64,000 bases of DNA, taken from contig JACQSX010000010.1 in assembly GCA_016211105.1 (NCBI GenBank), positions 212,913-276,912 on the forward strand, in the 5' to 3' direction. The notes under the pieces were generated by a model that was given only the letters and a program-made list of their open reading frames with translations, was not told where the DNA came from and did not search any database. This stretch comes from Acidobacteriota bacterium. Lineage in GTDB: Bacteria > Acidobacteriota > UBA6911 > JACQSX01. A program made the position numbers and the translations under genes. Shown here one piece after another: positions 1-10,161 of the stretch. How positions within the stretch are numbered: position 1 is the stretch's first letter; each line of letters begins with the position of its first letter.

Positions 1-178
1 AAAATCTTCTCCCGGTAATCTTTCTGGAGTTTTTGAAAAAGAAGAACGTCGAGCAGTTCGTCGGCAGACTGCCTTTCTTCCGCTTCGCCCGAGAGAAAAA
101 GGAGCCAGCCCAGGTCGGCATTCTTGCCGCCGACAGACGCGAGCTTGCGGAGTTTTTCCTCGGTTTCACGGATTGGCA
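1..178 (-). CDS. hypothetical protein, partial (start codon at 176-178, runs off window start)
   Basis: Minus-strand ORF reading MPIRETEEKLRKLASVGGKNADLGWLLFLSGEAEERQSADELLDVLLFQKLQKDYREKI continues past position 1; no recognisable family. Confidence 0.25.
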
Positions 179-391
179 TTTCATCGAAAACCGACCATGA
201 CAACGCTTTAAGCTTTGTACTGCAAGTCGACTCACACAGGGTATGAGCCCCTCTCTGGATTCCTGGATTTACTCTATACTTGTCTCACCGCCGGCAGAGG
301 CGACGAGGAGTTCCATAGCACCCGGGCCGTCCGCTCCTCTCTGCGGTGCGCCTAAAGTTTATTAAGCAGCGGTTTCATTGACTCTTGTCAT

Positions 392-1210
392 ATGGCAGCG
401 GTTCCTAAACTCAAAGAAGCCCACCTCGAAGCAATCTGCGACATCATCGCGGAGACTGGAACAGGGCTCACGGGCAGCGAAATCAGCAAGTTGCTGGCGC
501 GTTGTGCCATCGACGATCCCTTACCCAAGTACACGAAGCGCGTCCGGCTGTTCGAGGCTTTGCGAACCAGACAGCAGCGCGATGACTGCGGCAACCACGT
601 TCTCAATTTCATCCAGACAGCAATGGATCCGGCGCGTTTTGTCGGAGCTCCGGGCGCATTCCACGCAATGCGGAGCCAACTCAATCAGGCGCTAGCTTTT
701 GCGGGCTTTCAGCTGAAAGAGGACGGCAAGCTCATGCCTGTATCAGAAGCCCGAACCCTGACTGAGGCTCAGGAGCGGGCAGGGCGGCTCCGAAGGGAAC
801 TGCTCGACCGGAAAGTTCACCCTGACGTTCTCAGATTTTGCAGGCCTGAACTTCTTCAGGAAAACTACTTTCACGCGGTCTTCGAAGCCACAAAAAGCGT
901 GGCACAGAAAATCAGGGACAAGACAGGCCTCACCGGCGACGGCGCTGAAATCGTCGACAGGGCTTTTGGGCTGGGCAATCCAATTTTGGCGATAAATACG
1001 CTCCAGACTGAAACAGAGCAGTCAGAACAAAAGGGTTTTGCGAACCTGCTGAAGGGCGTCTTCGGCACGTTTCGTAATGTGACAGGTCACGCTCCGAAAA
1101 TCTCCTGGTCGGTAAGCGAGCAGGACGCGCTCGACATCCTCTCAATCGTCTCGTATTTGCATCGGCGGCTCGACGCCGCTGTGCGGGTGCCTACAACCGC
1201 TCGCCCCTGA
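392..1210 (+). CDS. HEPN-superfamily protein, Ymh/TIGR02391-like (Abi-like, often found beside R-M systems)
   Basis: 272 aa. The C-terminal region FGTFRNVTGHAPKISWSVSEQDALDILSIVSYLHRRLD carries an Rx4H (R-N-V-T-G-H) HEPN motif, matching my recollection of the Hypoth_Ymh/TIGR02391 C-terminal domain. Confidence 0.5.
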   Translation: MAAVPKLKEAHLEAICDIIAETGTGLTGSEISKLLARCAIDDPLPKYTKRVRLFEALRTRQQRDDCGNHVLNFIQTAMDPARFVGAPGAFHAMRSQLNQALAFAGFQLKEDGKLMPVSEARTLTEAQERAGRLRRELLDRKVHPDVLRFCRPELLQENYFHAVFEATKSVAQKIRDKTGLTGDGAEIVDRAFGLGNPILAINTLQTETEQSEQKGFANLLKGVFGTFRNVTGHAPKISWSVSEQDALDILSIVSYLHRRLDAAVRVPTTARP

Positions 1211-1226
1211 CGGCGGCGCCCACGAT

Positions 1227-1547
1227 TCACGGCTTGCCATTCTTGCGCAGAAGCTGCTTCTGCAGGCCCAGGATGTCCTTGAAGCACCTGATTTCTTCGA
1301 GCAGCTTGTGCTGCTTCACCTTGTTGAATTTGTCGAGGAGAGTCTGCGCCTCTGCTTCAAGCCGGCTCAGTTCGGCGTCTTTCATCTGCTCCCTGTGCTG
1401 GATGACAAATTCAATCGACGCTTTCAGCTCAATCTCCGTCCTGCAGTACCGGGTCAGAAACTCAACCGCCGCATCCAGCTCGAACGCCTCGTATTTTTTC
1501 AAGAACTCGTCGTCATCCACTCCGCTCTCTGTTTCCATGGGCATCAC
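1227..1547 (-). CDS. small hypothetical helical protein (106 aa)
   Basis: Clean ORF convergent with the HEPN/Ymh gene; acidic, predicted helical; no recognised motif. Confidence 0.3.
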   Translation of the reverse strand: MMPMETESGVDDDEFLKKYEAFELDAAVEFLTRYCRTEIELKASIEFVIQHREQMKDAELSRLEAEAQTLLDKFNKVKQHKLLEEIRCFKDILGLQKQLLRKNGKP

Positions 1548-1653
1548 CGACGAGAAAACTGGAGCCCGGGAGTCTTAAGGGTTGTAGTGCTGACCGCCAC
1601 ATGGCTCCGTCAAGTGCTTCCAACTTTAGGCAATCACCGGTAAGATTGACCAA

Positions 1654-4089
1654 ATGTACCGGAGTACTCAGTCGGATAATGAGGACAGAGCCTACTCTGT
1701 TTTTGTCACCCATCGCCCGCGCCGAGTCGCCTTCATGGTTGACCCGAGCGCTACCCCAGATTTCGTTTTTGATGAGATTGCCGACTTTAACGTCGATTGT
1801 TGGGGCGGCAGACACAATCCCATCATTCCCGTCGTCAACAAGGGCATCCTTCCTTCTTACTGGCGCTTGCTAGAGATTGCGGACGCAGATCTAATCGTTT
1901 GCTGTTCTGAAATCGATCAGACGACAATCGAGGAACTGGATCGGCGTCTTGGACCCACCTCGATTGACTGCCGTTGGAAGTTCAGTTCCCGGTCGGAATT
2001 CCGTATTTCACTGGATAACCAGGCCTCAAACAAGAACATTCTGTTGAATCTGGGACAGTTTTATCCTTGGTATGCACGCCTGCCAGAGCCTTCTGTTCTG
2101 GTGTTCAATGTCGAGAAAACGGATACCAAGACGGTAAGCCCGTTTATACGCAGGAATTTCGGTGTCTCACGTGATGCCTACTTTCTGACCCGAGACCGCG
2201 GCGTCCGGGGAACGTTCCCGGATTCCGATTCCGACTCAGTTATCATTGAGTGCGTCGGGCAAACAGCAAACCTCGTTCTGCCTATGGAAATATGCCGATC
2301 TGCACCGTTGCGGCATACGGTCGCAGCAGCTTGGCCGCATAAGTTTCTCATTTGCTACGGAGATAGCCCTTGGACCTTCCTTCGCTTTTGGAATGATGCC
2401 CATCTGAAGAGCTATCATAGCGGGGCGAGCACTGGGATTGACCAACTGTGGCTGCCTTCCAAGACCTTCAAGGACACGGCCGCATACGAAGCCCTAATCA
2501 CATTAATCAGGCGGAGAGTCTTCACAAGCGGTCGTCAGCGTGAGATGACACTCGCCTCGGTCGAAGTCGGCACGGCGGAGTTGAGAGACATTGCAGAGCG
2601 GATTTGCCGCGACACCAACTCGAATCTGTATCCTGGTGCACCCGAACTCATAGAACAGGATGGCTTTCCGATATGCGAGATCGGAGGCCCACCATTCGGG
2701 CTAGATCGCAGACTTCCTCAACACGCGCATGTTCGAGGCACGCCTGTGTTCATTGGCTTTGACCGACCCCGAGAGGTTGATAATGAGGGTAACGACATTT
2801 GGATGGCGGATCTCAGGGTCGAAGACCCGTACCAGGACAAATACTACTCCAACGCCAACCTCTGGTGGAGACTTCCTAAGCGTCAAAGTCTGGGAGGCCT
2901 GTTTACGCGTGGTGACTCAACAAATCGACATCGACCCTCTCGCGTCGGAGCTGATGGGGAATTGTCAGTCGAAGTGACAGCCAGGGATCAAGCCGTCCGC
3001 CTAACTTTACCGTCGCTACCGGCGCTGTTTCATTCGCTTTTGCTCCCAGAGAGTTGGCTCGTAACGAGAATGGATCTCCGGGATGGAATGCGCCGCAGTT
3101 ATGAAGAGACCCTGACACTTTCTGAAAAGGGAAAATATCTCAACGGCGTTCTCAACCTATTTTCATCGCTGTCAGAAGCAGTATATTTCTTTGAGAATCG
3201 GTTCTGGCGGGGGCTGCTGGAACAACTGTGCTGTCCTCGACTCTCGGAACAGGTGCGAAGTAAAGCCTCGAAGGACATTTCGAGAGACGCAGAGACCTTT
3301 ATCCGGGATTATCATGAGGACAGGACGGCTGCCATTGAATGGTTGACGGAAAAGGTGGTTCAAGCAGGAGATAAAATCCCGCTCGCCAATCAACCAATTC
3401 GATTCGTCGAGGTCGAGAAATGGCATATGCGGTTTCTTGAACAATTACCTGCAGAGTGGGCTGCGGCAGCCGCTGCTCATGAGAATATGCAACAACGGAT
3501 CTCCGACCTTACGCTTAATAGGGTTTTGCTCCAGGGGGCTGAGATTCACTGCAATTATTGCATGTCCACGTTTTGGTATCATGTCGATGAGTTGTCTGCG
3601 CTTTTAACATGTACGGGCTGCAGAAGCGAAATTGCACTTCCCGCAGAGACGATCTGGTGCTATCGACCAAACGAGCTTGTTCGAGCGGCAGTCAGGTACC
3701 AAGGGGTGGTGCCAGTGATAAGGGTTATCGGCCGGCTCTTTGAGGATGCAAGGGACTGCTTTAAGTTTCTGGCTGGCGCCGTTCTGTTTGACTACAAGCG
3801 CGACAAGCGAACAGCTGAGATAGACCTCTGTTGGATGCTGGATGGAGAGTTTGGTCTTGCGGAGGTGAAACAATCGTCGAGACTGTTTGGCCCTGGAGCT
3901 TGTGAAAACCTCATACGGGTAGCGCAGACTGCACGACCAGACAGGGTTCTTGTCGCCGCAACCGACGGTGAAGACCAAGATCTAGAGCGGACGCGGGAGA
4001 AGTTGGTGAAATCGCTTGCACCGCTCGGAATGAAGGTCGATGTTTGGGGTCCGGGATCGTTTAGCACTCTCTCTCCCCGAGCTATCTAG
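1654..4089 (+). CDS. large hypothetical protein (811 aa) with a C-terminal zinc ribbon and a PD-(D/E)xK-like motif; candidate defence effector
   Basis: Uninterrupted 811-aa ORF. CxxC..CxxC pairs (CNYCMSTF...CTGCRSE) are followed by EIDLCWMLDGEFGLAEVKQ, a D...E-x-K spacing typical of restriction-endonuclease-fold nucleases. Flanked by the HEPN/Ymh gene and hsdR. Confidence 0.55.
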   Translation: MYRSTQSDNEDRAYSVFVTHRPRRVAFMVDPSATPDFVFDEIADFNVDCWGGRHNPIIPVVNKGILPSYWRLLEIADADLIVCCSEIDQTTIEELDRRLGPTSIDCRWKFSSRSEFRISLDNQASNKNILLNLGQFYPWYARLPEPSVLVFNVEKTDTKTVSPFIRRNFGVSRDAYFLTRDRGVRGTFPDSDSDSVIIECVGQTANLVLPMEICRSAPLRHTVAAAWPHKFLICYGDSPWTFLRFWNDAHLKSYHSGASTGIDQLWLPSKTFKDTAAYEALITLIRRRVFTSGRQREMTLASVEVGTAELRDIAERICRDTNSNLYPGAPELIEQDGFPICEIGGPPFGLDRRLPQHAHVRGTPVFIGFDRPREVDNEGNDIWMADLRVEDPYQDKYYSNANLWWRLPKRQSLGGLFTRGDSTNRHRPSRVGADGELSVEVTARDQAVRLTLPSLPALFHSLLLPESWLVTRMDLRDGMRRSYEETLTLSEKGKYLNGVLNLFSSLSEAVYFFENRFWRGLLEQLCCPRLSEQVRSKASKDISRDAETFIRDYHEDRTAAIEWLTEKVVQAGDKIPLANQPIRFVEVEKWHMRFLEQLPAEWAAAAAAHENMQQRISDLTLNRVLLQGAEIHCNYCMSTFWYHVDELSALLTCTGCRSEIALPAETIWCYRPNELVRAAVRYQGVVPVIRVIGRLFEDARDCFKFLAGAVLFDYKRDKRTAEIDLCWMLDGEFGLAEVKQSSRLFGPGACENLIRVAQTARPDRVLVAATDGEDQDLERTREKLVKSLAPLGMKVDVWGPGSFSTLSPRAI

Positions 4090-4126
4090 ATGAAGTCGGC
4101 CCTCCTGCGGGGAGTATGGCCTGAGC

Positions 4127-7100
4127 TCACATCGCCGCGTAAACCCCGCGCCCCTCACCCGGGTACGAATCGTAAACGTGCTGGTAGATGAGTTCGCACT
4201 TGCCGTTGAAAAGCTCAGGTCCGAATTTCTCTGGCAGGCCTTTGTCGAGCACATCCTGAATCGCGACAAGCACCTGCGCCCGGGATTGTTGGCGTTTCCG
4301 CCAATCCAGAATCAGTTTTTCAGATTTCAGCGTGCCCAGCAGGTCCTTTGCCACTTTCTTGAGCTGGCCGCGTTCTTTCTGCGTCAGGTCCATCTCCGGC
4401 TTCGTTAGGAGATCGAATATCGCAAGTTCCTCCTCGGTAAGGCTTTCGGAGATGGCTCTTTTTTCCTCGACATTCAGCTCTTTGGCAAACTCCAACAGTT
4501 GCTTGAAGAAGATTTCCACGTTAATCGCGCCTGAATTGTATTCGTCGAGCATTTTTTGGAGACGGTCTCTGAAATCCACCCGGGTGCGGTTCATCCTGAG
4601 CATTTTCTCCAGCGTTTGCTCCACGAGGGAACGAAGCCGCTCCGTCTCGGTCCGCTTGCGGCTGACAGCGAATCGCTCTTTCAGAGCCTCGAAGTCTATC
4701 TGGCTCAAGTCGACGTAACGCTCTTCTTTCTCTTCGCCTGACTGGTGCCCGATGACGTAGGCTTCGGCGGCAACCGAGCGATCCAAAAGCTTTTCAACGT
4801 CGTCCATCACGCCTGAAATGTCAGCCTGGGGAGCGAGGGACTTTATCCGCTCTGCTATGACGGCAACAACATTGCGCCGTTCCAGAAACTCGTTTCCTCT
4901 CGGATCAGGCAGAATCGCTCGAAAGAGCCTGACGGCGTCTGAGACCATGAAGAGAAACTGGCGCTTTGTCTGGTCGTTGACCATGATTGCTTCGGCAGCG
5001 TCCTTGATGAGGCGCACACGCTCGAACTTGACTGCTTCCCTGATTTTGTCGGCGTTGACGCCGTGGTCGGAGCAGAATGCCTCCACCCTCTCGATGGCTG
5101 CTCGCAAGAGCTCGACCAGCCTGTCTTTCGAAAGAACCGGGGTTTCCCCTCCCCCAATCGTGCCGCCATGGCCAGAGCCGTAGATGGCAAGTGCTTTCTG
5201 CAGGTTGCGGAAGACGCCGACGTAATCGACGATAAGCCCATTCACCTTGTCGCGAAAGACTCGATTAGCTCTCGCAATCGTCTGCATCAAGGTGTGGTTG
5301 CGCATCGGTTTGTCGAGGTAAATTGTTGAGCAGCAGGGAACATCAAAGCCGGTCATCCACATGGCGCAGACAAACACGATTCGAAATGGGTCGTCTGCGT
5401 TCTTGAATTTTCTATCCAGGTCTTGCTTCACCATGCGCTGGCGGTGAGGAAGGATATCCAGGCCCTTTTTCTTCATCTCCTCAATCTCGTTCTGGGATTG
5501 GGAAATCACGACGGCCATGTCAGTTTCAGCCATGTACTTGATCTTTTCTTCCAGCTCTTCGCGTTGCGGGCCTTCAGAGGTTGTTACCAGCTGCTTTCGA
5601 AGATTCGCGAGATGCTGCTGCCAGTGCTTTCTGACTTTGTCGTACATACGGACAGCGGTTGCCTTGTCGACTGAGACAACCATTGCCTTGTCCCGGTATC
5701 CTCGCCCCATGAAATGCGCCACGATGTCCTCGGCGATTGTCTCCAGCCGGTCATCCCTGGTGATGAGGTGGTATTGACGGGAAAATTCACGCTCCAGCTT
5801 CTTCTCCTGCTCTTCGTCGAGCTCAGCGTTTTCAAGCAGAGCTTCCATTTCCCCATTGAAGTCCTTATTGGTGAGCTGGAGCTCTGGAATGCGGTTTTCG
5901 TAGTAAAGCGGCACCGTCGAGCGGTCATCCAGTGATTGCTTGAAGTCATAAATGCTGACATAGTCGCCAAAGACGTCGCGCGTCTTTTCCTCCCCGACAA
6001 TCAAAGGTGTGCCAGTGAAAGCCAGGAATGCTGCCTTAGGAAGGGCATCACGCATGTTCTTCGCTAGAATGTCGTACTGTGTGCGATGTGCCTCGTCAGT
6101 CATGATAATGACATCAGACCTGGCCGAAATGACTGGATGCCGCTGGCCACGCTCGGTGCGGAATTTATGGATGATTGTGAAGACATGCCTGTGGTCCTCG
6201 GAAAGCAGCTGCCTGAGGTGGGCGCTGCTTGTGGCATGCACATCAGGCTCGATGACCAGTGAGGCGTTGGCGAACTTTTCGTAGATTTGGGTATCTAAAT
6301 CGTCGCGGTCAGTCACAATTACAAACGTCCATCTGCCGGGAATCTTTCTCAGCACTTTCTGTGAAAAAAACATCATCGCATAGGTTTTGCCGCTGCCCTG
6401 AGTGTGCCAAAACACGCCAAGCTTGCCTTGGTTCTGTTTAATTTGTGCCAGAGCCCGAATGCTGTTGTTGACGCCGAGAAACTGATGGTACTTGGCAAGA
6501 ATCTTTACGAGCGGGCCAAATTCAGTCGTGAAAAGGATGAAGTTTTCGAGAATGTCGATGAAACGAGTTTTCTCGCACGTGCCCCGGATTGCGGTTTCCA
6601 GCGAAACGATGCCTGGCTCTTCCTCGCTGCTTATCTTCTTCCATTCGCTGAAATGCTCCCACGGCGCCGTCATTGTGCCCACTTTGCTCTCGCTGCCGTT
6701 GGATAGGATGATGAAGGCGTTGTACCAAAAAAGCTGGGGAATCGTTGACTTGTAGTCGCAGAGGTTCTTGTCGAAGGCATTCTTGAGATTCTTGTGAACG
6801 GCCTTTAATTCCACGAAGATGAGGGGCAATCCATTGACAAAGCCCAGCAAGTCCACTCGGCGCTTGTAAATCTCGCCTGCAATCCAGAATTGCGACGCCA
6901 GAAAGAAGTCGTTGTTCCCGGCATTGTCCCAATCAATGACCCTGACCGTCTCGGTTTCCTGAGCGCCGTTCTCGTCGGTAATGGTCACATGGACGCCGTC
7001 TTTTAGGAGCCGGTACACCTCACGATTGGCAACAACAGGGTTCAAAGCGCTGCGGTCCTGCGTGAGCTGCTCAACAGCCAGGTCAATTGTGCCACTGGGC

Positions 7101-7300
7101 AAATCAGGATTCAGCTTCTGAAGAGAGGATCTCAGTTTCGGAACCAGCACAACTTCTTGCGTCGTCGTGCGTCCGAGCGTTGCGCTGTCGCCGCCACATT
7201 TCTCGTAAAAGCAGTTCGCCGCCTTCCAGTCCAATTCCTCAAACAGCGCGATTGCCGGCCGCTCGATGAGGGCGTCTTCGGAGTACCCGCCAGGCATCAT
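4127..7300 (-). CDS. hsdR: Type I restriction enzyme R subunit (HsdR)
   Basis: 1057 aa; Walker A HTQGSGKTYAMMFF; DEAH box IIMTDEAHRTQ; sits downstream of hsdS/hsdM. Confidence 0.9.
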   Translation of the reverse strand: MMPGGYSEDALIERPAIALFEELDWKAANCFYEKCGGDSATLGRTTTQEVVLVPKLRSSLQKLNPDLPSGTIDLAVEQLTQDRSALNPVVANREVYRLLKDGVHVTITDENGAQETETVRVIDWDNAGNNDFFLASQFWIAGEIYKRRVDLLGFVNGLPLIFVELKAVHKNLKNAFDKNLCDYKSTIPQLFWYNAFIILSNGSESKVGTMTAPWEHFSEWKKISSEEEPGIVSLETAIRGTCEKTRFIDILENFILFTTEFGPLVKILAKYHQFLGVNNSIRALAQIKQNQGKLGVFWHTQGSGKTYAMMFFSQKVLRKIPGRWTFVIVTDRDDLDTQIYEKFANASLVIEPDVHATSSAHLRQLLSEDHRHVFTIIHKFRTERGQRHPVISARSDVIIMTDEAHRTQYDILAKNMRDALPKAAFLAFTGTPLIVGEEKTRDVFGDYVSIYDFKQSLDDRSTVPLYYENRIPELQLTNKDFNGEMEALLENAELDEEQEKKLEREFSRQYHLITRDDRLETIAEDIVAHFMGRGYRDKAMVVSVDKATAVRMYDKVRKHWQQHLANLRKQLVTTSEGPQREELEEKIKYMAETDMAVVISQSQNEIEEMKKKGLDILPHRQRMVKQDLDRKFKNADDPFRIVFVCAMWMTGFDVPCCSTIYLDKPMRNHTLMQTIARANRVFRDKVNGLIVDYVGVFRNLQKALAIYGSGHGGTIGGGETPVLSKDRLVELLRAAIERVEAFCSDHGVNADKIREAVKFERVRLIKDAAEAIMVNDQTKRQFLFMVSDAVRLFRAILPDPRGNEFLERRNVVAVIAERIKSLAPQADISGVMDDVEKLLDRSVAAEAYVIGHQSGEEKEERYVDLSQIDFEALKERFAVSRKRTETERLRSLVEQTLEKMLRMNRTRVDFRDRLQKMLDEYNSGAINVEIFFKQLLEFAKELNVEEKRAISESLTEEELAIFDLLTKPEMDLTQKERGQLKKVAKDLLGTLKSEKLILDWRKRQQSRAQVLVAIQDVLDKGLPEKFGPELFNGKCELIYQHVYDSYPGEGRGVYAAM

Positions 7301-8526
7301 GCCATCGTCGCCTCTGTCTTGATGTCCATCTCGGACACATCAATCTCACCTGAAATCAATCTTGGAAGAAGCAGATCGCGGGTTTGGCGGAGAGCAAACG
7401 TTTTCTTCGCAAGAACATCAATAAACTCGAACAATGGTCTTACTGTTTCACCAAACGACTGCGACATCTTCGACGGTGCCGTCACGATTGTCTTCGCTGT
7501 GAGCTCGGTCCAATGTCGCTTGTACTCTTGGGTCGTCACGAGATCCCGTACGAGGAAAAATAAGTAGTAAATGGAAAAGCCCTCCTGTCCGATGAAGGGC
7601 ACCACGTTCGGGCCGATAGAAAAGGGCTCGACCATCAGCCTCATTTTGCAGGTGTGGTCACCAAAGGCAATTACGGGATTTTCAGGCGAGGCCAGATGAT
7701 CGGCGTTGTTATCGTGAAATCCCAAAAGCTCATCTCGCGATTGGTCAATCACTGGCACCGAGCCGACTGCATTAACTTCAGATTCAATATAGACGGTCCC
7801 GGCCTTCAGCCGCTTTAGAACTCCCCTGACTGTCTTAACCTCCCACCCCTTCGGAATCAGCCCCAGCTCCGAGTCGACCATCTTCACGTTCTCGTGTCCG
7901 GGGAAACGAAAGTCGACGAACCACTCTCGGTAAATCCTCTGCGCCATCTCGTCAAGAATCTGGATTCGGCGGATGTTGTTCTCGATGAGCTCGTCGTAGG
8001 CGGAAAGGATGGCGGCGATCCGCCGCTGTATCGGGAGCAGGGGAATTTCAATTGGCTCACGCTCTGAGAATGTCGTCCACTGGAAACGAGCCACGCCGGT
8101 ATGCTGCGTGTGATACGCGTGCATCAAACCAGAGGCATAGAGTTGCTGGAGATACCAGAACATGAATTCCGGGTCGCAAAGCTTGGTGTTGAAACGGATG
8201 AAGCGACTGAAACTTGCGCACGTGAACGGAAGCTCGGACCGTGAGAATAACTGTGGGCGAAGCAAAACCGTTCGACCAGTGATTTGATCCTTCGTTCCGC
8301 CAGCCGCTTCGATTATCAGATCCCACGGCTGAAGCGTTTTTCTCTCGGCAATTCGCTTGGGAATATGACGCCGTGGAGTTGAAGCAGCGTTGCCGAACCG
8401 CACGTTCTCGAAGTCCGTTCCCCGGATTGCGAGCATTTCAACAGAGTCCTTGAACGGCTCGCCCTTTCCCCACTCTCCATCTTTTGAGATGGTGATAAGG
8501 TCTTTGAGAACGCACTCCATCGTCAC
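7297..8526 (-). CDS. hsdS: Type I R-M specificity subunit (HsdS)
   Basis: 409 aa with two target-recognition-domain-like halves, lying between hsdM and hsdR; 4-bp start/stop overlaps on both sides. Confidence 0.85.
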   Translation of the reverse strand: MTMECVLKDLITISKDGEWGKGEPFKDSVEMLAIRGTDFENVRFGNAASTPRRHIPKRIAERKTLQPWDLIIEAAGGTKDQITGRTVLLRPQLFSRSELPFTCASFSRFIRFNTKLCDPEFMFWYLQQLYASGLMHAYHTQHTGVARFQWTTFSEREPIEIPLLPIQRRIAAILSAYDELIENNIRRIQILDEMAQRIYREWFVDFRFPGHENVKMVDSELGLIPKGWEVKTVRGVLKRLKAGTVYIESEVNAVGSVPVIDQSRDELLGFHDNNADHLASPENPVIAFGDHTCKMRLMVEPFSIGPNVVPFIGQEGFSIYYLFFLVRDLVTTQEYKRHWTELTAKTIVTAPSKMSQSFGETVRPLFEFIDVLAKKTFALRQTRDLLLPRLISGEIDVSEMDIKTEATMA

Positions 8527-10076
8527 GCCTCCAGAATCTTCGCGACGTTGCGCGCAATCGTCTCTTGGAGGCTAAGCGCCTCAGCGTTCAAGAGTTCCAA
8601 TTCCTCGCTGAGCTCTTCAAGCCTTTCGCTGAAGTCAAAGTCATCGGCGGCACGCTCGGTTACGCCGACGTACCTTCCAGGATTCAGGCTCCAGCCTTGT
8701 CCTTCAATCTCTTTTATAGAAGCGACCTTGCAAAGCCCAAGAACGTCACGATATTTGCCTTTGGGAAAATGCTCCTCAACTAGCGCCTTGCCCCCTTTGA
8801 AAGTTTCGATTGATTCGTCACGGTAAAGCCGAACGATATTTGCAATAAACTCAATTTGCGCCGGAGTGAACTCCCGGTGAGCCCGATCAACTTGCGTGAA
8901 AATATGGCGGGCGTCGATAAACAGGACTTTGTTCTTCCGCTCCGTCTTTCTTTTCCCCTTGTCGAGGAACCAGAGCGTGCACGGAAGCGTAACGGTGTAA
9001 AAGAAATTTGCCCCGACGGCGATCATTACGTCGACGCCTTGCTCTTCGATCAATTTCCTCCGAATCTCCAACTCTGAGCTGCGAGCGTCGCTTGCAGAAT
9101 TGGCCATGACGAATCCGGCGCGCCCTTTGTCGTTCAGCGACGACCAAAAGATTTCGATCCACAGATAATTTGCTTTATCGACACGGGGGAGGCCGAGGCC
9201 GAAGCGTTTATCGTCCTTGAGCTTTTCCTTGTCGACGCCATCCACGTTAAACGGAGGATTCGCCATGACGAAATCGAACTTGCCGAGGCTGCGGTGCTCG
9301 TCTTCATAATAGGAATTGCCCTGCTTGATGTCGCCTTCCAGGCCGTGAACGGCCAGGTTCATTCGGCACAGCCTCACGGTCTCTGCGACTTTTTCCTCGC
9401 CGTAAATCGAGATCTCGTCTGGTGTTTTCTGATGGCTCTTTACGAAGTCCGCGCTTTGGACGAACATGCCGCCCGAACCACAAGCAGGGTCGAAAATCTT
9501 TCCATGAAAGGGCTCGATGACCTCGACAATCAGCCGAACCAGAGACCTGGGCGTGAAGAATTCGCCGCCTCTTTGTCCTTCAGCCATTGCGAACTTGCCG
9601 AGGAAATATTCATAGGTCTTTCCGAAAACATCACCCTCGAAATCCATCTCAATCTTGGAAAATGTTCTCAAAAGGGCAACCAGCGTGTCGTTCTCCAGCC
9701 GGTTGTAATCCTTTGGCAGGACCCCTCGCAGCTGCTCGTTATCCTCCTCTACAGATTTCATCGCCTCGTTAATGTCCTTGCCGATGTTGGCGCCCTCGGG
9801 TAAATCGAGCAGGCGTGAGTAGCGGGCTTTTGCCGAAATGTAGAGGACACCCCGGGCGTGAAAATCAGTTTTCGAAATGGCTTTTCGACGAGAGCCGGCA
9901 CCGCCCTTTTCAAATTCCTTGTTCAGAACCGTGAACTTGTGGTCGGCGTATCGCAGGAAAATGAGACCGAGAACCGGAACCGCATATTCTGACGACTTCA
10001 GACGAGAATTAGCCCGGAGCTGGTCTGCGGACTCCCACAGGCGCTTCTCGATTTCGGAATTGTTGCTGACTGCCAT
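8523..10076 (-). CDS. hsdM: Type I R-M N6-adenine DNA methyltransferase (HsdM)
   Basis: 517 aa; the N-terminal HsdM_N-like region and the NPPFN catalytic motif ([10 protein letters not shown]). Confidence 0.9.
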   Translation of the reverse strand: MAVSNNSEIEKRLWESADQLRANSRLKSSEYAVPVLGLIFLRYADHKFTVLNKEFEKGGAGSRRKAISKTDFHARGVLYISAKARYSRLLDLPEGANIGKDINEAMKSVEEDNEQLRGVLPKDYNRLENDTLVALLRTFSKIEMDFEGDVFGKTYEYFLGKFAMAEGQRGGEFFTPRSLVRLIVEVIEPFHGKIFDPACGSGGMFVQSADFVKSHQKTPDEISIYGEEKVAETVRLCRMNLAVHGLEGDIKQGNSYYEDEHRSLGKFDFVMANPPFNVDGVDKEKLKDDKRFGLGLPRVDKANYLWIEIFWSSLNDKGRAGFVMANSASDARSSELEIRRKLIEEQGVDVMIAVGANFFYTVTLPCTLWFLDKGKRKTERKNKVLFIDARHIFTQVDRAHREFTPAQIEFIANIVRLYRDESIETFKGGKALVEEHFPKGKYRDVLGLCKVASIKEIEGQGWSLNPGRYVGVTERAADDFDFSERLEELSEELELLNAEALSLQETIARNVAKILEA

Positions 10077-10161
10077 TTTGGAAGACCTCCGACTCTTTGT
10101 AAATCACGACGATAAATAATGCGTTGTCAATCAATTAGAAGGAGATGATTAATAAAGGTTT

